Below are positions 1-9,546 of a stretch of 64,000 nucleotides of DNA, piece after piece. The notes under the pieces were generated by a model. It made no database searches. It saw only the letters and a program-made list of their open reading frames with translations, and was not told where the DNA came from. Source of the DNA: Melioribacter sp. (GTDB lineage Bacteria > Bacteroidota > Ignavibacteria > Ignavibacteriales > Melioribacteraceae). Numbering within the stretch: the stretch's first letter is position 1; each line of letters begins with the position of its first letter. The translations under genes and the position numbers were made by a program. The stretch spans positions 26,464 to 90,463 of the forward strand of contig VEPI01000001.1 in NCBI GenBank assembly GCA_012026935.1, written 5' to 3'.

Positions 1-883
1 CTTTATCATCAATTGCAGATTGAGGTATTTTTCTATTCTTAATTTCATCAATTAAAGTTTTTTGATTCAAAAATTGGCCAACTGGCATTTCGAGATCGAG
101 TCCGCCTTTTGCAGTTGGCAATGATGAATGTACAGCGCCCCAATCACTCATAACTAATCCTTTAAATCCCCATTCGTTTTTCAGTTTGTCAATAAGCAGA
201 TAATCATTTTCACTTGCATAATGCCTGTTAACTTTGTTGTATGAACTCATCACGCAGAGAACATCTGCTTCGGTAACTGCAGCTTTAAATGACGGAAAAT
301 AAATTTCATTCAGCGCTCGCTCACTAACGAGAACATCAATCCATCCTCTCTCAAGTTCTTGATTATTCACAGCAAAGTGTTTAATCGTTGCGGCTACATT
401 TTCTTTTTGCACACCTTTAATGTAGGAGACTGCCATACGCGATGTTAAGAAAGGATCTTCGCCAAAGCTTTCAAAATTTCTTCCGTCCATCGGCATACGA
501 ACTATGTTTACACACGGACCAAGAATTACGTGTCTGCCTTTGCCTTTAAGTTCCCGTCCAATCGAGCTTCCAATTCCGCTGACTAATTCCGGATCCCATG
601 TAGCAGCCATTGCTACTGAAGCGGGAAATGCGGTTGAAGGATTCCATCTCACTCCTACAGGTCCGTCAGACATTCGAAGTTCCGGAATACCAAGACGTTC
701 GTTTGGTTTCGTTGCAAATCCGGTTCCACCAAGAATATCAATTTTTTCTTCGAGCGTCATACGCTTTAATAAATCATTTACCCGTTCATCTATAGGTAAT
801 TTTGAATTTTTATAAGATGGATTTTCTTGTGCGGCTATAATTGATGCGAATAAAAGAAACAACGATAAATAAAATTTTTTCAT
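1..883 (-). CDS. Glycoside hydrolase family 3 beta-glucosidase, N-terminal part (gene runs off the window start)
   Basis: Not in the ORF track because there is no stop inside the window. My own minus-strand translation from the ATG at 883-881 gives MKKFYLSLFLLFASIIAAQENPS...RMTLEEKIDILGG...RMSDGPVGVR...KHFAVNNQE...GFKGLVMSDWGA. This has a signal peptide and GH3 hallmarks, including the SDW nucleophile region. Confidence 0.85.
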   Translation of the reverse strand, partial: MKKFYLSLFLLFASIIAAQENPSYKNSKLPIDERVNDLLKRMTLEEKIDILGGTGFATKPNERLGIPELRMSDGPVGVRWNPSTAFPASVAMAATWDPELVSGIGSSIGRELKGKGRHVILGPCVNIVRMPMDGRNFESFGEDPFLTSRMAVSYIKGVQKENVAATIKHFAVNNQELERGWIDVLVSERALNEIYFPSFKAAVTEADVLCVMSSYNKVNRHYASENDYLLIDKLKNEWGFKGLVMSDWGAVHSSLPTAKGGLDLEMPVGQFLNQKTLIDEIKNRKIPQSAIDDK

Positions 884-916
884 TACTTCTCCTTTGGCTT
901 TGCAAATCTTTTTGGC

Positions 917-2137
917 TTATTGTTTCATCTCAAGTGCATTTAAATATCCTCTGTTGACCGTACAGTTTTTAAATTTGATGTTCTCAAGCAAATCATTGAA
1001 TGCTTGCTTTACAATTTCACTTGAGGGTTTTGCTTTTCGTACTTCATCAAAATTTTTCTTCGGAGTTTCAGCGAACTTGATTACTTGTTTCCACTCCTCC
1101 GTTTGTGTAAATGAAACAATACCGCGAGTTGAATCCATTTTCTTGTAAGGCCAGAAACACCAGCCAATATTATTTTTTTCTAATAATTTTCTAAATGAAT
1201 TAATCCACTCATCATCATTTTCTCCTGATTCACCTAAGTATATCGGAACATTATATTCGTTGCTGTAATCAATATATTCTTGAATTTCTTTTTGCTCTGT
1301 CGGCATCCAATATTTATGAAATGTGTATGCGAGATTTTTATCAAACGGAGCGCCGAAGACTTTGAAGTTTGTATTCCATTGAGCGCCGCCAAGAAAGATA
1401 ATATGATCCTTATCTACACTACGAATAGCGGCAGTTAGTTTTTTATAGAATGGCTCAAGTAATTTGTTCAGGTCTTCTTTGTTCTCGTAGAAATGCGGAA
1501 TCGGCTCGTTCAACAAATCGTAACCTATCACTATTTTCTCATTTTTATATCTTGCAGCAATTTTTTTCCAAAGTGCAATTGTTGTTTGTTGAGCATCTTC
1601 GCTTTCAAACAGAAACGGGTAACTCCAGCTATCGTCAATATTATCGCCGGTTTGCCCGCCGGGTGCGGCATGCAGATCCAACAAAACATAAAGATTTTCT
1701 TCACGGCACCACTTAATTACATCATCCAGCCGCTTGAATCCTTCTTCTAAAAATATATCAGGATGATCTTCAACAAGAAAAAGTTTAAAATTGAAAGGAA
1801 CACGAATATGATTTAATCCTAAATTTTTAATGTAATGAATATCTTCTTTGGTGATGTAATTGTTGCGAAATGTTTTCCAAAATTTTCTTGCTTCATCCGC
1901 ACCGAGAAGTTCTTTGAAAGTATTATCAATCAAACGGTATGAGCTTACATCTTCGAAGTGGAACATATATCCTTCGGGATTCAGCCAGTTACCCAGATTG
2001 ATTCCCTTCGGTATAAAAACTTTTCCGTTGGCATCAATAAAATTCTTTCCTTCACAGCGGATAAATCCTCTTGTCTGTGCAGAAATACCAATTCCGATTA
2101 CTATTAACCAGAAATAAATAACAAAAAATTTTTTCAT
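917..2137 (-). CDS. Glycoside hydrolase family 5, exo-beta-1,3-glucanase-like, secreted
   Basis: 406-aa ORF with a signal peptide. GH5 motifs are present: LNHIRVPF, LLDLHAAPGGQ, acid/base LLNEP, and a nucleophile region YLGESGE. Confidence 0.8.
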   Translation of the reverse strand: MKKFFVIYFWLIVIGIGISAQTRGFIRCEGKNFIDANGKVFIPKGINLGNWLNPEGYMFHFEDVSSYRLIDNTFKELLGADEARKFWKTFRNNYITKEDIHYIKNLGLNHIRVPFNFKLFLVEDHPDIFLEEGFKRLDDVIKWCREENLYVLLDLHAAPGGQTGDNIDDSWSYPFLFESEDAQQTTIALWKKIAARYKNEKIVIGYDLLNEPIPHFYENKEDLNKLLEPFYKKLTAAIRSVDKDHIIFLGGAQWNTNFKVFGAPFDKNLAYTFHKYWMPTEQKEIQEYIDYSNEYNVPIYLGESGENDDEWINSFRKLLEKNNIGWCFWPYKKMDSTRGIVSFTQTEEWKQVIKFAETPKKNFDEVRKAKPSSEIVKQAFNDLLENIKFKNCTVNRGYLNALEMKQ

Positions 2138-2154
2138 AAATTTTTATTTTAATA

Positions 2155-2916
2155 TTAAAACCAGTTTGAATTCAATTTCTTTCTTTGATCTTTCGTTTGT
2201 TTTAATAACCATTCATAGATTTCAGGATTATCGTAAGTTTGAGTCCACGAATCGTGGTTAGCTTCCGGATAAATTGTAAGCTTAGCATTTCCTTTACATG
2301 CAATAAGTGCATCAACAAGTTCTTTGGATTTTTGCGGATTAACTACATTATCTTTTGCACCGTGAAATGCCCACACGGGTAAATCACCTATTTCACAGAT
2401 TGTCCATGAATCACCCCAGCCGCAAATTGGAATAATTGCCGCAAGCCGTTCCGGAATTTCATTTGCAAGTTTCCATGTGCCGTATCCGCCCATACTTAGT
2501 CCTGTGATATAAATTCTGTTCTCATCAACATTGTAGTTTCTGATAATATCGTCAAGCAATGCTATAAGAGTATTGGTTTTCCAGCGGATTCCGTTTGGAC
2601 ATTGTGGAGAAACAATTATGAAAGGAAAATCTTTTCCTTGATCTATCAGTTTAGGCGGACCATGTTTTTTAACTAATTCAAGATTACTTCCCCGTTCACC
2701 GCTTCCATGTAAAAACATCATTAAAGGAAATTTATCTTTACTATTATAATTTTTAGGCAGATATAGTAAATAATTAATGCTTACCGTCTGCTCATAATTT
2801 GTCGTCAAATTTTTTTCTTCCTGTCTGTTCCTACTTGTTTCCTTAACAATATTTGAAGAACAACCAGTAATTAGCAATAAATATCCTGCGGTGATTATCA
2901 GAAATATCTTTTTCAT
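2155..2916 (-). CDS. Alpha/beta-hydrolase esterase (carboxylesterase / CE1-like), lipoprotein
   Basis: The track ORF is 2155..2937 and begins at TTG. The ATG at 2916 gives MKKIFLIITAGYLLLITGCSS, a lipobox-like signal. Other motifs are FLHGSGERG, the nucleophile elbow GLSMGG, and a late HG.KD / NHD.W. Confidence 0.7.
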   Translation of the reverse strand: MKKIFLIITAGYLLLITGCSSNIVKETSRNRQEEKNLTTNYEQTVSINYLLYLPKNYNSKDKFPLMMFLHGSGERGSNLELVKKHGPPKLIDQGKDFPFIIVSPQCPNGIRWKTNTLIALLDDIIRNYNVDENRIYITGLSMGGYGTWKLANEIPERLAAIIPICGWGDSWTICEIGDLPVWAFHGAKDNVVNPQKSKELVDALIACKGNAKLTIYPEANHDSWTQTYDNPEIYEWLLKQTKDQRKKLNSNWF

Positions 2917-2926
2917 CTTTAATTTC

Positions 2927-5134
2927 CTAATCAACAACTGAAAATGAAGCTTCTTTCACATCTTCAGAATTAGTTCCGACAAAAACTTTGAAGTCTCCCG
3001 GTTCAACAACAAACCTCATATTGATATCGTAAAATTTCAACTTCTCAGGTGTAATTGTGAATTCAACTTTCTTTGTTTCACCGGCCTTCAGAAATATTTT
3101 AGAAAAATCTTTCAATTCTTTAACGGGACGTGTAACACTACCGACCAGATCACGAATGTATAGCTGGACAACTTCTGCACCATCTACTGATCCGGAATTT
3201 TTAACATTAACACTAACTTTTAAGGATTCATTTTTCTTGATCTTATTTTTGTTTAAGGAAAGATTAGAATAAGTGAATGTTGTATAACTCAGACCAAAAC
3301 CGAAAGGATAAAGTGGTGTATTCTCTAAATCCTGATAATAAGAAGTATAGTGATCATTTGGATTATATGGACGGCCTGTATTCTTATGATTATAATAGAT
3401 AGGAATTTGTCCAACATAGCGCGGGAAAGTTACCGGAAGTTTCCCGCTGGGATTATAATCACCGAATAAAACATCGGCAATAGCATTGCCTGCTTGAATT
3501 CCTAAATACCATGTTTCAATCACAGCAGAAACATTTTCCTGAATCCATGGAATAGTTAGCGGTCTTCCGTTCATAAGTATAACAACTACAGGTTTGCCTG
3601 TTTTTTGAATTGATTGAACAAGATCTTCTTGAATACCAGGAAGATCAATTTTTGCTCGCGAACTTGCTTCACCGGCCATATTTCTGCTTTCACCAACAAC
3701 AACAATTGCTACATCAGATGCGTTTGCGAGCTCAACAGCTTTTGTAAAACCGTTTTTCTCTTCCCCTAAAATTGTACATCCTTCTTCATAATTTACTTCT
3801 GTACTTTTCCCTAATTTATTTTTAATCCCTTCTAAAACTGTAACAACATCATTTGCATTTCCTTGTTGAGACCAGCCGCCCAGAGGATCATCTTTTGAAT
3901 TTGCAAGAGGACCGATGACGGCAATTTTTTTCAAATCTTTTTTTAGAGGAAGTAAATTATTTTTATTTTTAAGTAGAACCATCGCCTCCCGTGCTGATTG
4001 CAAAGTTGCCTGAACAATTTGTTTGCTCATAACTGTATTTTTTTCGCGTTCAGCTTCGCAATATTTATACGGATCATCAAACAATCCAAGACGGAATTTA
4101 ATTCTTAAGATCCTGCGGACACTTTCATCAATTATTTTTTGCGAAACTTTGCCTTCATTCACTAATTCTGAGAGGTGATTGTAATATGCATTTGCTTCCA
4201 TGTCCATATCAACGCCGGCTTTAATTCCAAGTTCTGCAGCTTGTTTCAAATCTTTTGCAACACCGTGTGGAATTAACTCACCAACTGAATTCCAATCGCT
4301 CACAACAAATCCATCAAACTTCCATTCTTTGCGTAAAATTTTTGTTTGAAGAAAATTACTTCCGGAAGAAGGTACACCGCCGACTTCATTAAATGAAGCC
4401 ATCAACGTTGCAGCTCCGGCATTAACAGCTGCTTGAAAAGGTCGTAAATAAACTTCACGGAATGTTCTTTCAGAAAAATCAACCGTATTATAATCGCGTC
4501 CACCTTCAGCACCGCCGTATCCTGCAAAGTGTTTAATACAAGCAGCAATTGTATTATTTGCGCTAAGATCATTTCCCTGATAACCTTTAACGCGTGCAAC
4601 TGCCATTAAGGAACCTAAGTATGGATCTTCACCGCTTCCTTCCATAATTCTTCCCCATCGCGGATCTCGTGCAATGTCAACCATTGGATTAAACGTCCAA
4701 TGAATACCGGCCGACGAAGCTTCGATTGCCTGCCAGCGTGCAGATTTTTCTACAAGGGAAGGATTCCAGCTGCTGGCCTCTGCTAACGGTATTGGAAACG
4801 TTGCGCGAAAACCGTGAATAACATCAAGACCAAAAATAAGTGGAATTTTTAAGCGTGATTCTTCAACTGCAACTTTTTGAATTTTTTTGGTTTCTTCCGC
4901 ACCGAAAACATTTAACAGAGAACCAATTTTACCTTTACGGATTAATTCTATATGCCCTTCACGCGGTCTGGATGTTTGTGTACCTGTATCCCATCCTCCG
5001 CTGTATTGAACTAACTGCCCGATTTTTTCTTCAAGATTCATTAACGCAAGTACCGAGTCAACCCGCTGTTCAATTGTTTTTTTCTGCGCGAAAGAAATTG
5101 AGCATATAAAAATAAAAAGTAGAATTTTTTTCAT
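2927..5134 (-). CDS. bglX: Glycoside hydrolase family 3 beta-glucosidase (BglX-like), periplasmic or secreted
   Basis: The track ORF is 2927..5191. The likely start is the ATG at 5134 (MKKILLFIFICSISFAQ signal peptide). Motifs: EEKIGQL, GLDVIHG, KHFAGYG, GFVVSDW, and a C-terminal FGFGLSYT. Confidence 0.9.
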   Translation of the reverse strand: MKKILLFIFICSISFAQKKTIEQRVDSVLALMNLEEKIGQLVQYSGGWDTGTQTSRPREGHIELIRKGKIGSLLNVFGAEETKKIQKVAVEESRLKIPLIFGLDVIHGFRATFPIPLAEASSWNPSLVEKSARWQAIEASSAGIHWTFNPMVDIARDPRWGRIMEGSGEDPYLGSLMAVARVKGYQGNDLSANNTIAACIKHFAGYGGAEGGRDYNTVDFSERTFREVYLRPFQAAVNAGAATLMASFNEVGGVPSSGSNFLQTKILRKEWKFDGFVVSDWNSVGELIPHGVAKDLKQAAELGIKAGVDMDMEANAYYNHLSELVNEGKVSQKIIDESVRRILRIKFRLGLFDDPYKYCEAEREKNTVMSKQIVQATLQSAREAMVLLKNKNNLLPLKKDLKKIAVIGPLANSKDDPLGGWSQQGNANDVVTVLEGIKNKLGKSTEVNYEEGCTILGEEKNGFTKAVELANASDVAIVVVGESRNMAGEASSRAKIDLPGIQEDLVQSIQKTGKPVVVILMNGRPLTIPWIQENVSAVIETWYLGIQAGNAIADVLFGDYNPSGKLPVTFPRYVGQIPIYYNHKNTGRPYNPNDHYTSYYQDLENTPLYPFGFGLSYTTFTYSNLSLNKNKIKKNESLKVSVNVKNSGSVDGAEVVQLYIRDLVGSVTRPVKELKDFSKIFLKAGETKKVEFTITPEKLKFYDINMRFVVEPGDFKVFVGTNSEDVKEASFSVVD

Positions 5135-5261
5135 GACAGTCCTCTGTATTAAACTAATTAATTTCCTTAAGTAATAACTGTGAGCTGACAATAGATGTCT
5201 GTAGATTTATTCATTCACAGTGTTTCCAGACTTTGCTATAAGACTTTGAAGAAAGATATTA

Positions 5262-7061
5262 TTAATATGTTAATCCAAATCCGTATGGAAACAACGGATC
5301 GTAATTTGTATCTCCGATATTAATTGGAATTTGCTGCATGTTTTTAGGCCATGAATGCGGGAGTTTTCCGACAGGTTTAAAATCACCGAATAAAACATCT
5401 GCAACTCCTTGTCCTTCAGTTCCCGGCAGCCATGCTGCAACAAATGAGTCACTAATTTTCAAACTTGGTTCTATTAACATCGGTCTCCCTGAAATGAGTA
5501 TAACAACAACCGGAACACCTGAAGTTTTTGCTTTTTCGATTGCCTCTGCGTCTTCTTTCGCTAAACTTAGATCCTCACGGTCACCAATCATTTCAGCGTA
5601 TGGAGTTTCGCCTACAACAACAATACAAACATCTGCACCCTCAGCACCGGAGCCATCAGTAGATGTTGTTACTTCTGTGTTCTTTGAAACTGTGTTCTTA
5701 ATTGCTTGTAAAATTGTTGTGCCTCCGCTAATCACATTTCCGCTTTTACTTTGCCAGCTGATTGTCCAACCGCCGCACTGATTACCTATATCATCGGCAC
5801 TTTTTCCTGTAACGTGAATGCGTTTTAAATTTTTTGATAAAGGTAAAACTTTATTATCATTTTTTAATAATACAAGTGATTGGCGGACTGCATCACGTGC
5901 AATTTCTCTATGCTTTTTTGAACCGATCTGTGTAGTTAATTGCTTATCGGTCATCGGATTTTTGAAAAGCCCTAATTCAAATTTTACTTTTAATATTCTA
6001 CGAGCCGCATCATCAATTCTGCTTAACGGTACTTTATTTTCGTTTACAAGTTCTTTCAGCTTTGTAATGAAATCTACATAATTGTTGTTTTGTCCATATC
6101 CGTTCGGAATCATAATCATATCGAGTCCGGCATTAATGGATTTTTCAATATCACTCTTATAGTCTTTCCCAAGCTGGTCTATAGCAGCCCAATCTGAAAC
6201 TAAGAAACCTTTGAACCCGAGCTCTCTTTTCAAAACATCGGTTAATAAATATTTATGCTCATGTAACTTTTCATTATTCCAACTGCTGTATGAAACCATA
6301 ATTGACTTAGCGCCGGCTTTAATTGCTTCAACATAACCTTGCAAGTGTATTTTACGAAGAGTCTCTTCATCAATTTCAGTATTGCCTTGATCTTTTCCGT
6401 TTGTAGTTCCGCCATCACCGGCAAAATGTTTAACACAAGCAAGTACCGAGGTTTTATCAGAAAGATTTTTTCCCTGCATTCCTTTTACATAAGCCGCTCC
6501 CAACATTTTAACTAGATCCGGATTTTCGCCATAACTTTCATAAGTTCTTCCCCATCTTTCATCACGTGCGACAGCAACACACGGGGCAAAATCCCATTGC
6601 ATTCCTGTTCCTTTTATTTCAGCTGCGGTAACAGCAGCAACTTGTTCAACAAGTTTTGGATTATGAGTTGCACCAAGTCCGACATTGTGCGGAAAGATTG
6701 TTGCACCATCAACGTTATTATGCCCGTGCACCGCATCTATTCCCCAAATGATAGGTATTTTTAAGCGTGTCGTAAGAGCAAGGTTTTGAAAACTATCATA
6801 AAGATTGGCCCAACCTTTGGCGGTTATATCATCCGGTTCAGAATTACCGCCGCACAAGATTGAACCAAGATAATATTTAACGATGTCATCAACATTTTTT
6901 TTAATTGCATCATAATCAACTTGTGTCATCTGACCAATTTTTTCATCAAGAGTCATTTGGGAAAGAAGGGCATCAACTTTTTTATCAATAGCATTTTGTG
7001 CGTTAACTGAAAATATTCCGGCCAATAGAAATATTATGACAGGAAGAATATTTATTTTCAT
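5262..7061 (-). CDS. Glycoside hydrolase family 3 beta-glucosidase / glucan beta-glucosidase
   Basis: The track ORF is 5262..7112. The likely start is the ATG at 7061 ([22 protein letters not shown]). Motifs: [36 protein letters not shown]. Confidence 0.9.
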   Translation of the reverse strand: MKINILPVIIFLLAGIFSVNAQNAIDKKVDALLSQMTLDEKIGQMTQVDYDAIKKNVDDIVKYYLGSILCGGNSEPDDITAKGWANLYDSFQNLALTTRLKIPIIWGIDAVHGHNNVDGATIFPHNVGLGATHNPKLVEQVAAVTAAEIKGTGMQWDFAPCVAVARDERWGRTYESYGENPDLVKMLGAAYVKGMQGKNLSDKTSVLACVKHFAGDGGTTNGKDQGNTEIDEETLRKIHLQGYVEAIKAGAKSIMVSYSSWNNEKLHEHKYLLTDVLKRELGFKGFLVSDWAAIDQLGKDYKSDIEKSINAGLDMIMIPNGYGQNNNYVDFITKLKELVNENKVPLSRIDDAARRILKVKFELGLFKNPMTDKQLTTQIGSKKHREIARDAVRQSLVLLKNDNKVLPLSKNLKRIHVTGKSADDIGNQCGGWTISWQSKSGNVISGGTTILQAIKNTVSKNTEVTTSTDGSGAEGADVCIVVVGETPYAEMIGDREDLSLAKEDAEAIEKAKTSGVPVVVILISGRPMLIEPSLKISDSFVAAWLPGTEGQGVADVLFGDFKPVGKLPHSWPKNMQQIPINIGDTNYDPLFPYGFGLTY

Positions 7062-7121
7062 TTTGTCCTCAAAAAAAATTAAAACAACAGAAAGGTTACA
7101 AATCCTTTCCAACGATATTTA

Positions 7122-8087
7122 TCACTTTGTTTTCTTTAATTCATTCCAGATAAGAGCACTGGCACCAAGAACAGCGGCATGCGCACCCGGAAGTGCCGAC
7201 GGAAGAATTTTAACTTTATTCTTGAAAATGTTTAGCAAGTATTCTTCCATGTATTGTTTTGTCGGTGCAAAAATTAAATCGCCTGAAAGAGCGAGACCGC
7301 CGAAAAGAATTATTGCTTCTGGACTTAAATGTGCAACAGAATCTGCAAGTTTGAGACCGAGAATTTTACCGGTGTAGTCAAATGCCGCTAATGCAAGTTT
7401 ATCACCGTTGTTTGCTGCATCGGCAATATCTTTAGATTCTAGTTGATTAAAACTCACATTCCTTAATTCACTGGGAATGTTTGTTGTTCCAATTAATTCA
7501 AAAACAGTGCGCTTAATACCTGAAGCCGAAGCATAAGTCTCTAAACAACCTTTTCTTCCGCACCCGCACTCACGGCCATTAGGATCAACAATAGTGTGGC
7601 CAATCTCCCCTGCAAATCCATCGGCTCCGTAAACTAACTCATTATTAACAACGATTCCGCTGCCGAGACCTGTTCCCAGAGTTATTACTATAAAATCTTT
7701 CATTCCTTTTGCAACACCGAAGATCATCTCACCGATTGCAGCAGCATTTGCATCGTTAGTAATTGCAGACGGTAAAGGAGAATATTTTTTTACTATATCT
7801 AAAACATTTACAATTCCCCAATTTAAATTTGGCGGCCTCTCAACCGTTCCCTTATAATAGTTGGCGTTCGGTGCGCCAATTCCAATTCCAATCAGTTCAT
7901 AAACATCAGAATATTTTTTGAAATCATTATCAATCTTGAAAAATAATCTGCTGAATAATTGATCGGCGTCTTGATCTGCTTGAGTTAGGATAGATGATTC
8001 ATAAATGCATTCACCAGCTTCATCAATAAAACCAAAAACAGTATTAGTTCCTCCGACATCTATTCCTATTGCAACTTTTTTCTTCAT
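7122..8087 (-). CDS. glk: ROK-family glucokinase (no N-terminal HTH domain)
   Basis: 321 aa. Motifs: IGIDVGGTN, LGTGLGSGIV, and the ROK Zn motif GHTIVDPNGRECGCGRKGCLE. Confidence 0.85.
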   Translation of the reverse strand: MKKKVAIGIDVGGTNTVFGFIDEAGECIYESSILTQADQDADQLFSRLFFKIDNDFKKYSDVYELIGIGIGAPNANYYKGTVERPPNLNWGIVNVLDIVKKYSPLPSAITNDANAAAIGEMIFGVAKGMKDFIVITLGTGLGSGIVVNNELVYGADGFAGEIGHTIVDPNGRECGCGRKGCLETYASASGIKRTVFELIGTTNIPSELRNVSFNQLESKDIADAANNGDKLALAAFDYTGKILGLKLADSVAHLSPEAIILFGGLALSGDLIFAPTKQYMEEYLLNIFKNKVKILPSALPGAHAAVLGASALIWNELKKTK

Positions 8088-8089
8088 GG

Positions 8090-9409
8090 TTATGCCTTTG
8101 CTGTAACGAATGATGGTTTATGCCCTTTAATTCCGTAATAAGCAATGTACATATAACATAATACGGGTACAAAGAATGCATGGTGAATCCCAATATTATC
8201 TGCAAAGAATCCTTGAACAACTGGAAGAATTGCACCGCCGACTATTGCTGTGCAAAGTATTCCGGATGCTTGGCCGGTATGTTTACCAAGACCATCAATC
8301 GCAAGTGTAAATATTGTTGGGAACATAATCGAATTGAATAACCCGACAGCAAGAATAGCCCACATTGCAACTTGGCCAAAGGTCAGCATCGAAATAATTA
8401 CGAGAGCGGCTGCAACAAAAGCGTTAAACGAAAGAACTTTTCCTGGATTAATTTTTCTTTGAACTGCTGAACCGATAAATCTTCCTATCATAGCTCCGCC
8501 CCAATAGAAGGATACAAATTTACCGGCATCGGATTCTTTTAGGCCTGCAATGAATGGTTGACCAATATAGTTAACAAGAAAACTTCCTATAGAAACTTCT
8601 CCGCCTACGTAAACAAATATTCCAATTGCACCAAGCACCAAGTGTTTGTAACCCCATGCGCTTTTATGATGATGATCAAAACTTCCGCCATCACCGCCGC
8701 TTGAACCGACTTCTGACGCTTCAATTTTGGGCAACTTGACAATAGCAAAGATAGCTGCAATAACAAATAACGCTGCTGCTAATCCAAGATATGGAACTTG
8801 AACTGCGCCGGACTCGGCTAATTTATATGCCGAAATTTGTTCAGCACTCATTGTTTTAAAATCTTCAACGGTCTTTACTGCAACTGAAAGAATTATCAAT
8901 GCACCAAAGTATGGGGCAATTGTAGTTCCGAGCGAGTTGAAGGCTTGAGTAAGATTTAATCTGCTTGATGCAGTTTCGGGTTTACCAAGAATTGCAACAT
9001 AAGGATTTGCTGCTACTTGTAATATTGTAATACCCGATGCAAGAACAAACAACGCACCTAAAAACATTCCGTACGATTGCATACTTGCTGCCGGATAAAA
9101 TAACAAGCAGCCAATACCGGCGGTAATTAAACCAATAACTATTCCGCTTTTATACCCAATTTTTTCTACAAGGATTCCTGCCGGCAACGAAACAACAGCA
9201 TAAGCAGTAAAAAAACTGAATTGAATAAACATTACCTGCGTATAATTTAAAGTGAAAACTGCTTTGAGGTGTGGTATCAAAATATCGTTAAGGCAAGTAA
9301 TAAATCCCCACATAAAAAACAGCGAAGTAAGTACTGTTAGTGCGAAGTTATAATTTTGCCCGTTATTAACAGCTTTTACATTAGTTGTAGTAGGTGTAGA
9401 AGAAGCCAT
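8090..9409 (-). CDS. gluP: MFS glucose/galactose (FucP/GluP-type) transporter
   Basis: 439 aa with about 12 hydrophobic helices and a GluP/FucP-like N-terminus ([19 protein letters not shown]). Its stop lies 2 nt upstream of the glucokinase start. Confidence 0.8.
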   Translation of the reverse strand: MASSTPTTTNVKAVNNGQNYNFALTVLTSLFFMWGFITCLNDILIPHLKAVFTLNYTQVMFIQFSFFTAYAVVSLPAGILVEKIGYKSGIVIGLITAGIGCLLFYPAASMQSYGMFLGALFVLASGITILQVAANPYVAILGKPETASSRLNLTQAFNSLGTTIAPYFGALIILSVAVKTVEDFKTMSAEQISAYKLAESGAVQVPYLGLAAALFVIAAIFAIVKLPKIEASEVGSSGGDGGSFDHHHKSAWGYKHLVLGAIGIFVYVGGEVSIGSFLVNYIGQPFIAGLKESDAGKFVSFYWGGAMIGRFIGSAVQRKINPGKVLSFNAFVAAALVIISMLTFGQVAMWAILAVGLFNSIMFPTIFTLAIDGLGKHTGQASGILCTAIVGGAILPVVQGFFADNIGIHHAFFVPVLCYMYIAYYGIKGHKPSFVTAKA

Positions 9410-9546
9410 TTATTTCTCCTTATTAGTTAAATTCTATAGAGAGTTTATTCGTTTTAAGTAATTCAAAATATTTACTAACTATTGTATTACAATCACATTC
9501 TAACAATAATTCTGATTACCAACCTAATAAACTATTTATCTGTTTT

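Noticed and set aside
5135-5191. N-terminal extensions of track ORFs. Examples are 5191, 7112, 2937, 12613, 15684, 33064, 35642 and 40244, several of which start at TTG/GTG.
   Set aside because: In each case an internal ATG directly precedes a typical signal peptide or conserved N-terminus, often with a GGAG/AGGA upstream. I used the shorter coordinates. The exact starts remain unverified.
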